Source: Chlorokybus atmophyticus
Taxonomy: Eukaryota; Plantae; Mesostigma and Chlorokybus algae
Length of the DNA: 64,000 nucleotides
Assembly: GCA_009103225.1 (NCBI GenBank)
Contig: RHPI01002438.1
Span: 428,750 to 492,749 of the forward strand
Direction: 5' to 3'
Below, piece after piece: positions 43,626 through 54,989 of the stretch. The notes beneath the pieces are model-generated. The model did not search any database. It worked only from the letters and a program-made list of their open reading frames with translations, and was not told the DNA's origin. A program made the position numbers and the translations under genes. Each line of letters starts with the position of its first letter. Positions within the stretch are counted from its first letter, which is position 1.

Positions 43626-44486
43626 GCCGTCCGAGCCCGGGGATGGAAAGGAGTGGATGTCAACACCGACAACGGCCAGCAACCGCTTGCTGGCCGCCGA
43701 GAGACTGTCAACAAGGTAGATGCTGCTGTGTTGTGTATGCACATGCAATGTTTGGCAGTCATCCTCATGGTTGTCTGCCTTAGGAGGACCTAGTAGCTTT
43801 CCTTGGCGAGCAGCACAGGGGTCTCGTGGATGAGATCTATCGCAGCGCGCGCGACGAGATTGGCGCGTATAGAATGTGCATGGCAGCAGGCTTCCTACGC
43901 AAGCTTGCACTGCAAGCCAAAGACGCCGTGATTGCTCATTCAAAGAAGCAAGCTGTAACGGTGGAATACCTCAAACACAGAGGTCTCTTCAACATGCACG
44001 GCCTACTTGGTAATGTGTGGTCATGTTTGTGCGTGAGTGCACAGCAACTATGGGACTGACTGCAACAAACGGCCTCAGAGTTCAGCGAAGAACAAATGTG
44101 CCTGGCTCTATGCCTGACAAGCAACGTGCGTCGAAATACCTATACGAGATGTACCTGAGCAACATAATTCTAGGAGAGAAGTTGTTCATCGGCCTCGCCA
44201 AGACTGCATGGGCGGACAATCTCAAGTCGGAGGACAACCATAAGCATATGATGTGGATGGGTGAGTGTCCAAAAAACATGTGTCTCCAATGCAAGTTGCC
44301 AAGCTGAACGGTTGTTGTTGCGATTTGCATCAGTTGTACTAGACGCTCTCGTCGCACTATGATGGGGAGAAGGTGCAAAACGAGGAGACTGTAAAGATTA
44401 TGCAAGGAGTGGTCTCTCCTGCGCAAATGTATGCCCTACAGTGTTTGGGCAAGCACTTTGACGTTCCCGTGGAGCTCCTCTTGTAA
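43626..44486 (+). CDS. Hypothetical spliced protein, 5' end unresolved
   Basis: Four exon-like blocks join in frame through GT-AG sites (ETVNK|EDLVAFLGEQH...HRGLFNMHGLLG|ATMGL...HMMWM|...PVELLL*). No family recognised and no clear start codon. Confidence 0.5.
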
Positions 44487-47222
44487 AAGGTATGACATGC
44501 TTTGAGTGCCCTTAAGTTTATCAAGTTGTGAGTGTGTCATTGCTGAGGAGAAAAGGACCAAGAAACATAGTGGACAAGAGAGCTGCATGAGTGTGCAGCA
44601 TACATGCTACAACGCACAATATTAACACATGCTTTCTTGCAGGTAGCCTCGTAACTAGCAATGAAAACCCTAGCTTTAGGGGTAATTGAGTGCGCTTGTA
44701 TTGATTTTGATGGTGAGTGCTGGCAGTCAGTGCAACAATAGAAATCTCTCTATATATATCTCTCTCTCTCTGTGCGCCTGCCCGCCTGCCAGACATAGTC
44801 TCATGCATAAAGAGCGCTGAGCGCCCATTACGGCGATATCAAGTCCGCTCATGACAATTGTGGGCTCTTGGGCAGGACGCTTACCTCTCCAGGGCCTTCA
44901 TTCTCCCGTGTGTGTGTGTGTGTGTGTGGTGGGGGGGGGGGGGGGGGGGGGGGNNNNNNNNNNNNNNNNNNNNNNNNNNNNNNNNNNNNNNNNNNNNNNN
45001 NNNNNNNNNNNNNNNNNNNNNNNNNNNNNNNNNNNNNNNNNNNNNNNNNNNNNNNGGGGGGGGGAAGCAGGGGGGGAGATGCTGTTGCACCTCTTGGCAC
45101 CGAGAGGTTCAACGCAATGACCACCCCAACTCTATGGACATGATCGAATGGGGCTTGTGCTGGTAAGTGGGCTTGCACAAATTATGCATATGCGCGCATG
45201 CATGCACTCAATCACGCGCTAGTGCAGTCTTAGACGGCAATTTACTAGTACAGCGCAGTCTTAGAGGGCGACTTGTGTGCGCTGGAGGTCATTTGGATAT
45301 GCACCCTGCGCTAGGATGGCCTTAAGCTACTTGACTTGAATGTCATGAGTTTAGCGTTGGAGGAGGTTAACAATGCCAGTGCCAGCAAGACGTAGCAGCA
45401 GCAGCAGCACTTAAGCAAGGCGGGCATTCTCCCCCCACCCCTCAGGTAGCGTAGTCATCAACACTACACAGAGCACATGGTGCAACACACCGGTTGCTTT
45501 GATAGCAATGCGGTGTATCTAGAATTGATATGTGCCCCAAGGCACGGATTGTTGGGCGAGGTTGCCGTGTACGATTGGGTGCGGAGCCGCCTATGCGGTG
45601 GGTCGAGAAGGGTTGGGCAAAGGTTAAGGTTGTTGTATGTAAATAGGCATGGTCAGTGGTGGTGGCGTCGTCGTCGGTGGCGCTTACGGAATTGGGAGGT
45701 GGAAGGTGGAGTTGGAGATGTTTAAAGTAGGAGGTAAAGCATGACTTCCAAGGCTCTAGGCTCTACCGACCAGCACATAGTAGACTGTAGCAAACACAAA
45801 TGTGTAGAAGTTGATTGTAGCGCTTGACATGCGGCTAAGCTATCTACGTTTGTTCATATCGACGATGGTTAGCAATCGGTTAATGCCGCGCAACGACAAC
45901 CACATATTAGCTGATTGAATCATCAACAAGATATGCGCGAAGTGAATACAGCTGGCAACGATCATGCATTACGTATGCTGCGTGTAAGAACGGTCATAAG
46001 AAAAGATGGTTGACCATCTCAAGATGGTCAACCATCTTCTATTATGACCAAGTGGTCATAATAGAAAAAAGCGCTATCGTAAGAGGAGGCACAACGACTG
46101 TATAAGCTATCACAAGCACGGCGAGACATTTCTTCCCAGCGTCAACGCGCGGCTCCCTATCCGCGTCTTGGTATGGATCTGCACCGTACGGGCAAGGTAG
46201 CATACTTCGGCGCCGCTTGCCAAACCGTACGCGGAGCGACCCATGTGTTCTTCCTTATTCATAAGGAAATGAATGCCGTCCTTCCCTGCCCATCCGCACG
46301 CAACGAGGTTTGCACTTGCGTGCACATGCTTGCAATATGAAAATGATAACCATCTCGTTCAAGCGATTCAAAGGCGCTATTATGAGAAAAGGAGTACCGG
46401 ATTATGATGTGCCATTAAGTGTTTGAACACATGTGCACGGCAATTGCACCGCGTGCTACGTAGCCTATAAATACGTGTGCTACATAGCATATATGATATA
46501 TGTATGTTAGCATTTGTTTAATTGTGTGCTACGCTTTGTGTCCATTGCATCATGCTACCTTTTGTACTACAATGAATGTTTATATTACATTATGGAATAA
46601 TATGTTATAATAGTATAATAGATTTGCTGCAATAACAACGTAATAAAACAGTTAGCGTTTTGGTAAATAGTTTTGTTTGTATATGAGCTTAACGAAACGT
46701 ATGTAATGCAATATTCCTTGCTTGGCAAGTACTTTACTAATCTTGTCAATATTGTACAATACAAATGCATGTGACGAACTTTTGGTGCATAGTGCCTGTC
46801 TTGCAACACAGGGCTTCCTGCGCATTCATGAGCTTGCGCTAAAAGCTGTTGAGACTACGCTTGCATTTAAAGTCAGCATTTAATCATTGTGACAAGCACT
46901 TGCATCCGAGTACATTTGCATATAACATTGCTTTATAAGATGTGCACTTAATTTTGTGCTTGCTTGCTTGCTTGTGCACGATTACCTGTGCTATTCTTTG
47001 AAGTTGGCTACATGCAACTCTTGTGTGTTATGTAGTGTGTGTGACTTCAATATTATAGGCTTGTATACAAGTATGCAGATGCAAGCGCTTTGCCGAGCTT
47101 TAGGGTGGCTTGTATTTCAATCGCGTTGCAATATTTTATGATCGAAGGACCAAGATCATATTGATCATAGTGTAACGGTTAGATTGTTGTATTTTATGAG
47201 ATTGCTCATTTAAGGAGTGAGT

Positions 47223-47225
<3 letters not shown>

Positions 47226-47257
<32 letters not shown>

Positions 47258-47262
47258 CGTGC
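47226..47262. repeat. (GT)n microsatellite at the 3' end of the Penelope-like element
   Basis: TG run with a GCGT tail, directly abutting the terminal repeat. Confidence 0.85.
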
Positions 47263-47693
47263 GTACAAAAGGGGTGTGCTGGTATGCCGACATGCATGGT
47301 GCGCTCGCCTACTCTAGCCTACCCCGTTGGTGATACAGCAAGCATGTAGGATTGTATTCACCTGCCCACACGGGCGTGGTTAGTCGTTGGTGATGGCAAG
47401 CAGCGTAGCAACCAGCAGCATGCAGGACGCAGACTCCCTTCCCCGCTCTCTCCCTCTCCTTCCTCTCTCTTCACCACTCCTGCACTGCGCGCTGCAGGCG
47501 CTGTAACCCTTCCCATGCAGTGCCAATGTCAGCACTGCATGGCGCAGGGACCTTGCGGTGCTGGTCGGTGGGTGCTGCGCATATTGCCGGGTTCTTCGGG
47601 TTCTGGCGACTGCGTGTGCTGCTGTGCACTCGCAGTTGGTGGCGCTGACGGTTAGGTGCCGGTGGGATTGGGTGGTGGGGTTGGCGGGCCTTG
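47263..47693 (-). repeat. 3' pseudo-LTR of the Penelope-like element
   Basis: Highly similar to 52042-52335 joined to 59247-59459. The right-hand copy carries an extra segment of about 83 nt at about 52086-52168. Confidence 0.85.
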
Positions 47694-47759
47694 TCTCTCG
47701 CACGGGCAAGCTGCGTTACCATGCAGCCTGCTCCTCGTGCATGTGATGTGTGTATCGTC

Positions 47760-50700
47760 CTCACACTCCGGGTGGTCCACGCGGAGGGGGTGCTGATGCA
47801 ATCCCGGTATTTGTGCACCTCGGCAAACACCAGCTTGTACAGCAGCTTTGGTGGCATGCAGTACACGTAAACATCTGCGGTTATCATCTTGTGCCGCAGC
47901 GTGGCCGACAAATGCTTGATTGGGTGGCCGTCCGCGTGCATCAACAGCAATAGCTCGAACATGGTAGTGATGAAGTGTGTGCGATTGGTATGCACTCGGC
48001 AAAATCTCACAAACAGGGACTCTATCACGCCCAACTTCAAAGGTCCTTGTTGGGTACTGTTCAGTCATGATTAGATACCTCACATGAATGTCGTTAACAA
48101 TGATGCATTAATCTTGGAATAATATATTACATGTGTTGCAAGTCATACTGGTACTATGCTACGACATGAACTACTGTGAGCGGCTACTACTGCTGCTGCT
48201 ACTACTACTACTACTACCACTTTAATCCAAGGCCTTATACTAAGCCGCCGCTCCTGCGCTCCACCTCCGCTGCCGCTCTTTGTCTACCGCCGCTCCTGCA
48301 AGCACAAGTTAATCACACCAGCGCCATAAATAGCAACATATACACCAATGCTCACAGTGTGACAACTTACATACACATGATGTTGCTTGCCATATACCGC
48401 CGCCGCCTAGCCTGGCCTAACCGCCCTGAGATCAGAAGGGCGGTTAGGCTGCATGCGCTGTAGCGCATAACACAGCGTTACAGCACCAAGCAAACTTGCT
48501 TACTGTCAGCCGTTGTCGCCGCCGCCGCCGCCGCTGCACAACACAATTGTTTAACTTGCTTGAAGCCGTTAAGCGTTTAAACCTTGGGCAACCCAAGTGA
48601 TTCAAACGCGTTGTTACAATGGCACCATCGTACCATGAAAATGATACGATGGTGCTATTGTTATAGTGGGACTTTGTACCACCTATATGGTACAATAGTT
48701 GCATGTACCATCGTTCCGCATTGCTCACCGGCAATAAATGACGGGCGGTCACCTAATTGTCATAGTCGGTGGGTCGCGGCCGCACTAACGGACAACTTGT
48801 GGTCTGCCATCACTTATCAACAAGCGGGCAGGTCGGAATAGGGCTTGACAGTGACTGGCTTGCCATTGTAGGTAAGCCGCTGGGCATACAATAGGATGGT
48901 TATGGTACGACCGGTGGCCGACCGTCGCAAAAAATGACCGAAAGGTGACTGTTTGCTATGCTAGATAATAGGTCGATATCGAGCACAATAGACGACCGGC
49001 GATCGGCCGTCACTTGAAGATGCGGTGACATCACGTTCTAATCATCGCAAGCAGGCTTTAATCGCGTGTAGCTATCGGCCGACCGCTGGCCGTCATTGCA
49101 TGTTGCTGAGTAGCACCGGCCGTCCTATAAGTCCCTTCATGGACCAATCCGTTACGTCAGCAAGGTCAAGTACCTGTCAGTCCTCAGTCCCTGGACAGTC
49201 ACCGTATAAAATCTGCAACGCACACACCCAAGTCCGTTTAAGTTTCATTCGGTGTTTCAAACTTTGAAACACCAAATGATCCGAAAACGGGACCGGAGTA
49301 CCGGCTGCCGTGCTGGTCTCTTCCAGAATGTCTTATGGATGTATATCCTCTCCGGGCACCGTCGGCGCTATATAGAGCAGACTCTTAAACTCTGGAATGT
49401 CTGCTACAAATAGATCATCTATGTACCTCAGTATGCCGCGCGCGCACCTTGTCAACAAATAATACCGCCATTGCTGCGCGGGTGGTTGGCAAAATCCAAC
49501 TCGTGGGTGAGCAAGTATCCATTTGCCAAGTGCGCTCCTGCGTTGATGCCCATCGGCACACTCACGCACTGTCTGTACAGTTCGTCCTTAGCTGTACGCA
49601 CATACAGGTTGGCGATCAGGTACTGCAACATGTCGTTTGGCAATGCCGGCGTAAATGTGCGCCATCAGTGACCATCGTCATTGTCGTAGGTGGCGGCTGC
49701 TGTTCAGCGATACAACACCGTGCCATCCGGTTCCACATTCACATGTAAATGAGTAGCACGCATATGGCGATGTTGGCAATGAAAAGTGGCGTTCACCAAC
49801 CGTGCCATCCTCCGCAACAAGTCGCTGTGCTGAATCCGCGTGTACAAGGTTGAGAAGTAAAAAGTTAAGAGCTGTATGCATGTCAGCTTCTGTCGTGCTG
49901 TACGGGTGGAGTTGAGCCCACATTGCAATCTGTTGAACGCCGTAGGATCCGGGATGAGCCAGCTGTGCAGCACACTTGGTACCGCCACCACCTCTGCCTA
50001 GAATTGATGCAAAATTGCAGACATGCTCAGATACACACGGGTCAGCCAAACGTTGGACTATGTGACGGAAGTGTTCCAAGCCGCCGCTATAAAGCGTGGT
50101 TGTGGCGGGTCATTATGTAGCTTCCACAGCAGATACAGATGCGGCACTCTCGCAGGTCGACCAGCCTTTGCCAAGCTGAAAGTGTGGCTGCGGTTCCATT
50201 GGTTGTGTGCTTGCAGCACTACGTGCGGCAAAGTCGCCACACGTTCGTAGGTGTCTGTACTGAGTTCTGTGACCAGGCAGTTCAGAAAGTGTTTCTTACA
50301 CACTGCCACAATAACTCCGGCACATTTGTCCACCTCCGTAATTATGAATTTACGGTGCAGATTTCGCAATACTGCCGCATCCGACTTGTCCATATGGTCC
50401 GAGTGTGTCACTGTTTGCTGATGCTGTTGGACTGCAATGACGATATTCGCTTGCCGCTTGACCAGGGACAGCAGTGTCTCCACCCAATGATGCAAAAGCG
50501 TTGGTTGTCCCCAACGTTCCTCGAGTTCTGTGGCAAAGCGGCGTATATCAGATACAATGGCTGACAGGCAGACATGCACATCTGCGGGGACTGCACCACG
50601 AAACTTCGTTCCATTGCGTATCGCTGATCGCAGAAAAGGTGATGTTGTGATGCAGTCATAGGCACACGTGACGACGTGTTGTAACTGCGGGTGTATTATG

Positions 50701-50850
50701 GGCGCCCAGCATGGCGCTGAGCATGCGCATGTTGTCGCCGACATGACCGTCAGGTGCTTATTTGCTGTCAGCTGCTTCACCATTATGGAGCACCATGATA
50801 GCTGCTCCGGTGGCATAGCATGTGTCCCACAGTTTTGCTGCATTTTCATA
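47760..50850 (-). pseudogene. Penelope-type reverse transcriptase pseudogene (stops, frameshifts, about 1.1-kb insertion)
   Basis: FIITEVDKCAG.IVAVCKK.FL..L..EL, LYLLWKLH.DP..PRFI, TFYFSTLYT.I.H, YRQCVSVPMG.NAG..LAN.YL, RYIDDLF (49425-49414) and the thumb segment GVIES.F.RF.R. Confidence 0.85.
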
Positions 50851-51329
50851 CCACCATGGGTTGACCTAAACGTGCGTGGACTGAGTCTGGCAGTGTTGCG
50901 AGCAGGTCCGCATGCGACAGCAGCTGATGTAGATGCAATTCGTCTGCAGCTTCATTTGCGAAGGGGCACATCACAAGTAGGCGCGCATTGCGGGTTTGAG
51001 GCTGGCCTGTTAAGTAATTTTGCAGCAATCTTCCTACCACGCCTGTTGGTGCTGCTGCGTGGGCTGGTAGCACTCCCAAATCTTCTGATGCCGTGTTTTG
51101 CAGCACCGCGACTACTACATGCAGGTTGGCCAGCTTGTAATTTTATAGGCTGATTGTGGTGAACTGGCCTTGCTGCTGATGTGTTCTGCCAGGTGTTATA
51201 TTCGATGCTTTCAGTCCCTGTAGCTGAACACTCTTCCTTCTGGCAGAGCTGTGCATTTTTGTTGTTGTTGTGTGCATATCTGTTGGCGTCGCCAGCGTGG
51301 TAGCCTGGCCCTTCAATAGGATGAATGCT

Positions 51330-51615
51330 CCACATTGTAACCTTGTGGTGTTGCAGTGTGTAAGCGTTGCGTCCATAACCACTCCTTCTGCGCAGCGCAT
51401 TAATGCCAAGATGCCGTGGTTTTTTGCGGCCTCATTGGTACTGCCTCTAGTGGTAACACGCCCCACCATTGCACGGGCAAGGTCATTATAGTTTTCTCAA
51501 GGAGGGTTGTTGTGGCGCGGCGGGCTGCTTGGAAGTGCTCTTTAAAGCCTTTGTCATGCCAACGTAGCAGTTTCTGCTGCCTGTGATCGTGTAGATCACG
51601 TAGATGACGTGATGG
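51330..51615 (-). pseudogene. GIY-YIG endonuclease remnant upstream of the PLE RT
   Basis: VIY-x11-YVG (51608-51558), FKEH, WGVLPLE and EWLWTQRL.T..PQGYN, with one frameshift and one stop. Confidence 0.75.
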
Positions 51616-52335
51616 TCATTGGTCGGTGATAGCAACGCCTTGGTGTGCAGCATGTGTTGAACTCTTCGTATTATGCGTCGTAGTAGTGGAAGTTGTTAAT
51701 GATAATGAATGTCTAGCACCCGTGCCTTAATGCTTGTCCAAACACATGCAGGGTGTACTTGTGACATTGTGCCGGCGGAGTTGATGCACTGCCCTGTATG
51801 GCCAACCGGGTGGGCACTAACATCATGCATCTACCTATGTACGCATGCAAGGTGCTTCCGGTCCAGCACCTCTTTTGCTGTCACATTCTCATTTTATCCA
51901 TTGCATTTGCATTCACCACACGACATGCACCCCTATGCAAAATAACATAGGGCAGCTAGGCCGCGCTCCCAAACATCGGGTAAGTTTGCATAGCTTGCCG
52001 CTAGCATGTGCAAGTCCTGTAGACCGGCCAGGGCGTGGTCTGTACAAAAGGGGTGTGCTGGTATCCCGACATGCATGGTGCGCTCACACATGTCAATGAC
52101 ATGCATTTTGCTCATACTTATGATCAACCACACTTTATTCACCACCGGGCTAGCAATTGCTATCATACGCCTACTCTAGCCTACCCTGTTAGTCATACAG
52201 CAAGCATGCAGGATTGAATTCACCTGCCCACACGGGCGTGGTTAGCAGTTGGTGATGGCAGGCAGAGTAGCAACTACAGCAGCATGCAGGACGCGGACTC
52301 CCTTCCCCGCTCTCTCCCTCTCCTTCCTCTCTCTT

Positions 52336-52674
52336 TGTAACGGAGTGCTACCTCTATAGAGGTTCCCCGCCCTTATTTAGGATCAAATAAGGGTCCCAAC
52401 GGGTATATACAGCCAATTAAGCCGTATTAGGGCCGTTAACCTAGTGTTAAGGCCCTAATGTTGTGTTACTTAACTGTAACACTGATATCGACATGAGACA
52501 TGAGTCTCATGTCGATATCAGCTGTATGGCGGCACTGCTAACGCAGCAGCCGCCATAGCCAGGGGATCTTCTGCTCCGGCAGTTGCCCCTGGCGGCGGCG
52601 GTGTGGTCGGCGTGGCTGGTGGTGGTGTTGGGGTAGGGGATTAAAGGGAGGAGGTAGCACCCCCTCACCTTACA
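52336..52674 (+). repeat. 5' LTR (339 bp)
   Basis: TGTAACGG...CCTTACA. Differs from the 3' LTR by 2 substitutions, one 2-nt indel and one 30-nt duplication. Confidence 0.97.
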
Positions 52675-52675
52675 T

Positions 52676-52687
52676 TGGTATCGGAGC
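52676..52687 (+). promoter_or_regulatory. Primer-binding site, initiator tRNA-Met type
   Basis: TGGTATCGGAGC, 1 nt after the LTR and one base from the plant consensus TGGTATCAGAGC. Confidence 0.85.
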
Positions 52688-53516
52688 ACGGGCGGCAAGG
52701 GGCCTGTGGGAGGGGCGGCGGCAGGCGGCAGGGGCGGCGGCAGGCGGCAGGCGGCGGCGACGTTAAACTAGTGGTAGTTAAAATGTTTTATGTTTTAACT
52801 ATAATAGTTAAAACATAAAACATTTTAACTATAATAGTTAAACGCTGCTGCTGGTGCCGTGCCTAGCCTAGCCTAGCCTAGCTTGCCATGCCATGCATGC
52901 CATGCCTAGCCTAGCATGCCTGTCCTAGTCTAGTTTGTTATTGTGTGAAGGGAGCCGGCCATTCAGGCCTATCCCTGAAGCATTGCATTGCAGCACAACA
53001 CATAGTAAAAATACATTGATTGTATTATATTGTGTGTGTACCACCACGTGGATTCGTGGTGGTGTAAGGGTTTTTCTATTAATTTGGAAACTCCCTTGAG
53101 GGGGGCAGTTCGGTGGCAACATCGACTGTCTCAGTGCCGCCATTTTGAGCGATGAGGCCGCCAGAATTTTTTGAGCGGCCGATATCAAACTCACCATTCA
53201 CAACTGGTCGATATCGGCCTGTAAGGTCGATTTGACGAGATTTTGGCACCCTGTGTGTCAATCACAGTTGTGAATTGTGCTGGGTTATACAAAGTGAAAA
53301 CTTTGAGAAATCATAACTCGTAAACCGTCGCGTGGATTTGCGCACGGTTTGTTGCAGAGTGAGTGTCTAGTTGAGAGGTGTGTGGAGAGCTCTTTTGGGG
53401 CTGTATACTCCACCGTAACGCCTCAAAACTTGACGAGACAAAATCATTAGATTTTACCTGTATTGCAGTGCACAATCTGAGTACTTGTGCACTTGCTAAC
53501 GGCTGTCTTTGGGCAG

Positions 53517-54980
53517 ATGTCTGACCAAGGAGAGGGAGGTGAGAAGTACTTTACCGTCCCTGACTCATCGTCATCATACGAATCATCAAGTGATGACAAA
53601 GTGAGAGACTCGGACACGAGTGAGAGCTACAAGCTCACTGAGAGTGACAAGGAGGAAGCTGCGCAGGATAGCGAAGCTTCTCCCGATCAATCTACTCAGA
53701 GTGGGCCAGCTACAATGGACACACAGTCTGTCATTGGTGGGGCTATTGAGAAGTATGCGCGAGAGCGCAAAGTCTTGATCGATGCTCACCCACAGCTTCG
53801 TCAGGAAGTGTGGGATGCATGGGCACAAAAGGTTCGTGATAGCTATGCAACAGATTTTGCCACTCTCCCTCGCGCAAGCAAGGAGATGGTGATCCGCATG
53901 ATTGAGCACGAGTTGACGAACAATGTTCCGCCACTCGTGCGCGGTGATCCGAAGGTGGCTGCTCTGATGGCTGTTTACGATAAGCCTCTCCCTTACCAAG
54001 GCAAGCGAATGGCGTTTGAGGCTTTGGCCAACTTGGGAGTGGAAACCTCACAGCGTTGCAAGGACGTGTTCTGGTACTTGGGACCTAACTTGGAAGACAA
54101 GTTGACTGGCCGAGTGCAGTTGACGGCACGCCTCGATGCTATGCAGTCTGAGTTGGTGGCGCTGCGCCAACAGGTGGCGGGTGCTACTTCAGCAGCTGGA
54201 GCATCAGCGGGGCTGCCGGTTACAGCACTGAACAAGCCTGAGAAGTTCAAGCCCAACGGCAGTGTCAGCATCCATGATTGGGTGGTCACTGTTGAGCACT
54301 ACTTGACAGCACTGAAGCGACCAGTTGGCGAGCACATTGCTGTTGCTGAGTTGCTCATGCCATCTGACGCTCTCGCCGAGTGGGCGAGGCAGACAGAGGA
54401 TGGTGCGGCCAAGACAGTGGAGGCACTATTCAAGTTCCTTGTGGAGCGCTATGGTGGCATGGATCCAGCTACTCAGGCTCGCAACAAGCTCAACAAGCTG
54501 CGACAGAATGGCAGAACGGCTTCAGTCTATCTGCAGGAGTTCCAAGCGTTGGTGGGCCGCGTGAACAGTGGCCTCATGCCCATGGACAAGGCTGAGCAGT
54601 TTGAGTTGTACAAGCGCGGCTTGGATGCGCGTGTGCGCGATCAGCTGCAGTACAACACGGCAACGGGACTTCCTTGGGTTCCTGAAGACTTGGCCCAGCT
54701 GCAGAAGCTGAGCGTGTATCTGTACAATGATGACACGGCGGTGCAGGAAAAGGCACATGTGGCAGTTGCGGCCAAGCCGCACGGGGTGGGAGGAAAGCGT
54801 TACCCTCAGCCGAGTGCGCACACGGCAAAGAAGGCGAAGACATTCACGCCTCCTACCGGTGGCACATCTGCTGGTGGTGGTACACCCGCTGCGGCTCGCA
54901 CCTGTTACGTATGTCACCAGCCGGGTCACATTGCGAAGAACTGCCCCGCCAAGAAGGGCAAGGCCAAGAAGGTTGAATAG
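53517..54980 (+). CDS. gag: Retrotransposon Gag with CCHC zinc knuckle
   Basis: Open ORF with KPEKF, ARNKLNKLRQNG.TASVYLQEF and CYVCHQPGHIAKNC. Confidence 0.92.
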   Translation: MSDQGEGGEKYFTVPDSSSSYESSSDDKVRDSDTSESYKLTESDKEEAAQDSEASPDQSTQSGPATMDTQSVIGGAIEKYARERKVLIDAHPQLRQEVWDAWAQKVRDSYATDFATLPRASKEMVIRMIEHELTNNVPPLVRGDPKVAALMAVYDKPLPYQGKRMAFEALANLGVETSQRCKDVFWYLGPNLEDKLTGRVQLTARLDAMQSELVALRQQVAGATSAAGASAGLPVTALNKPEKFKPNGSVSIHDWVVTVEHYLTALKRPVGEHIAVAELLMPSDALAEWARQTEDGAAKTVEALFKFLVERYGGMDPATQARNKLNKLRQNGRTASVYLQEFQALVGRVNSGLMPMDKAEQFELYKRGLDARVRDQLQYNTATGLPWVPEDLAQLQKLSVYLYNDDTAVQEKAHVAVAAKPHGVGGKRYPQPSAHTAKKAKTFTPPTGGTSAGGGTPAAARTCYVCHQPGHIAKNCPAKKGKAKKVE

Positions 54981-54989
54981 GATTATGCC

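Noticed and set aside
19409-44672. Additional telo-boxes at 19409, 36773 and 44665
   Set aside because: Four hits of an 8-mer in 64 kb on both strands is near chance. Only the one upstream of RPL17 is listed, at low confidence.
4590-45065. Poly-G/C runs flanking N gaps (4610-4641, 7282-7538, 9402-9411, 44954-45055) as G-quadruplex or functional tracts
   Set aside because: They coincide with assembly gaps, so their true length and content are unknown.
47263-47693. Hammerhead ribozyme expected in PLE terminal repeats
   Set aside because: No CUGANGA...GAAA core found by eye on either strand. Only a CATGCAGTGC/GCACTGCATG hairpin is present. An Infernal search would be needed to exclude a divergent one.
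52086-52168. 83-nt segment present in only one PLE terminal repeat, as a possible spliced intron
   Set aside because: It starts GT on the minus strand, but the observed deletion junction does not end in AG. A simple indel is more likely.
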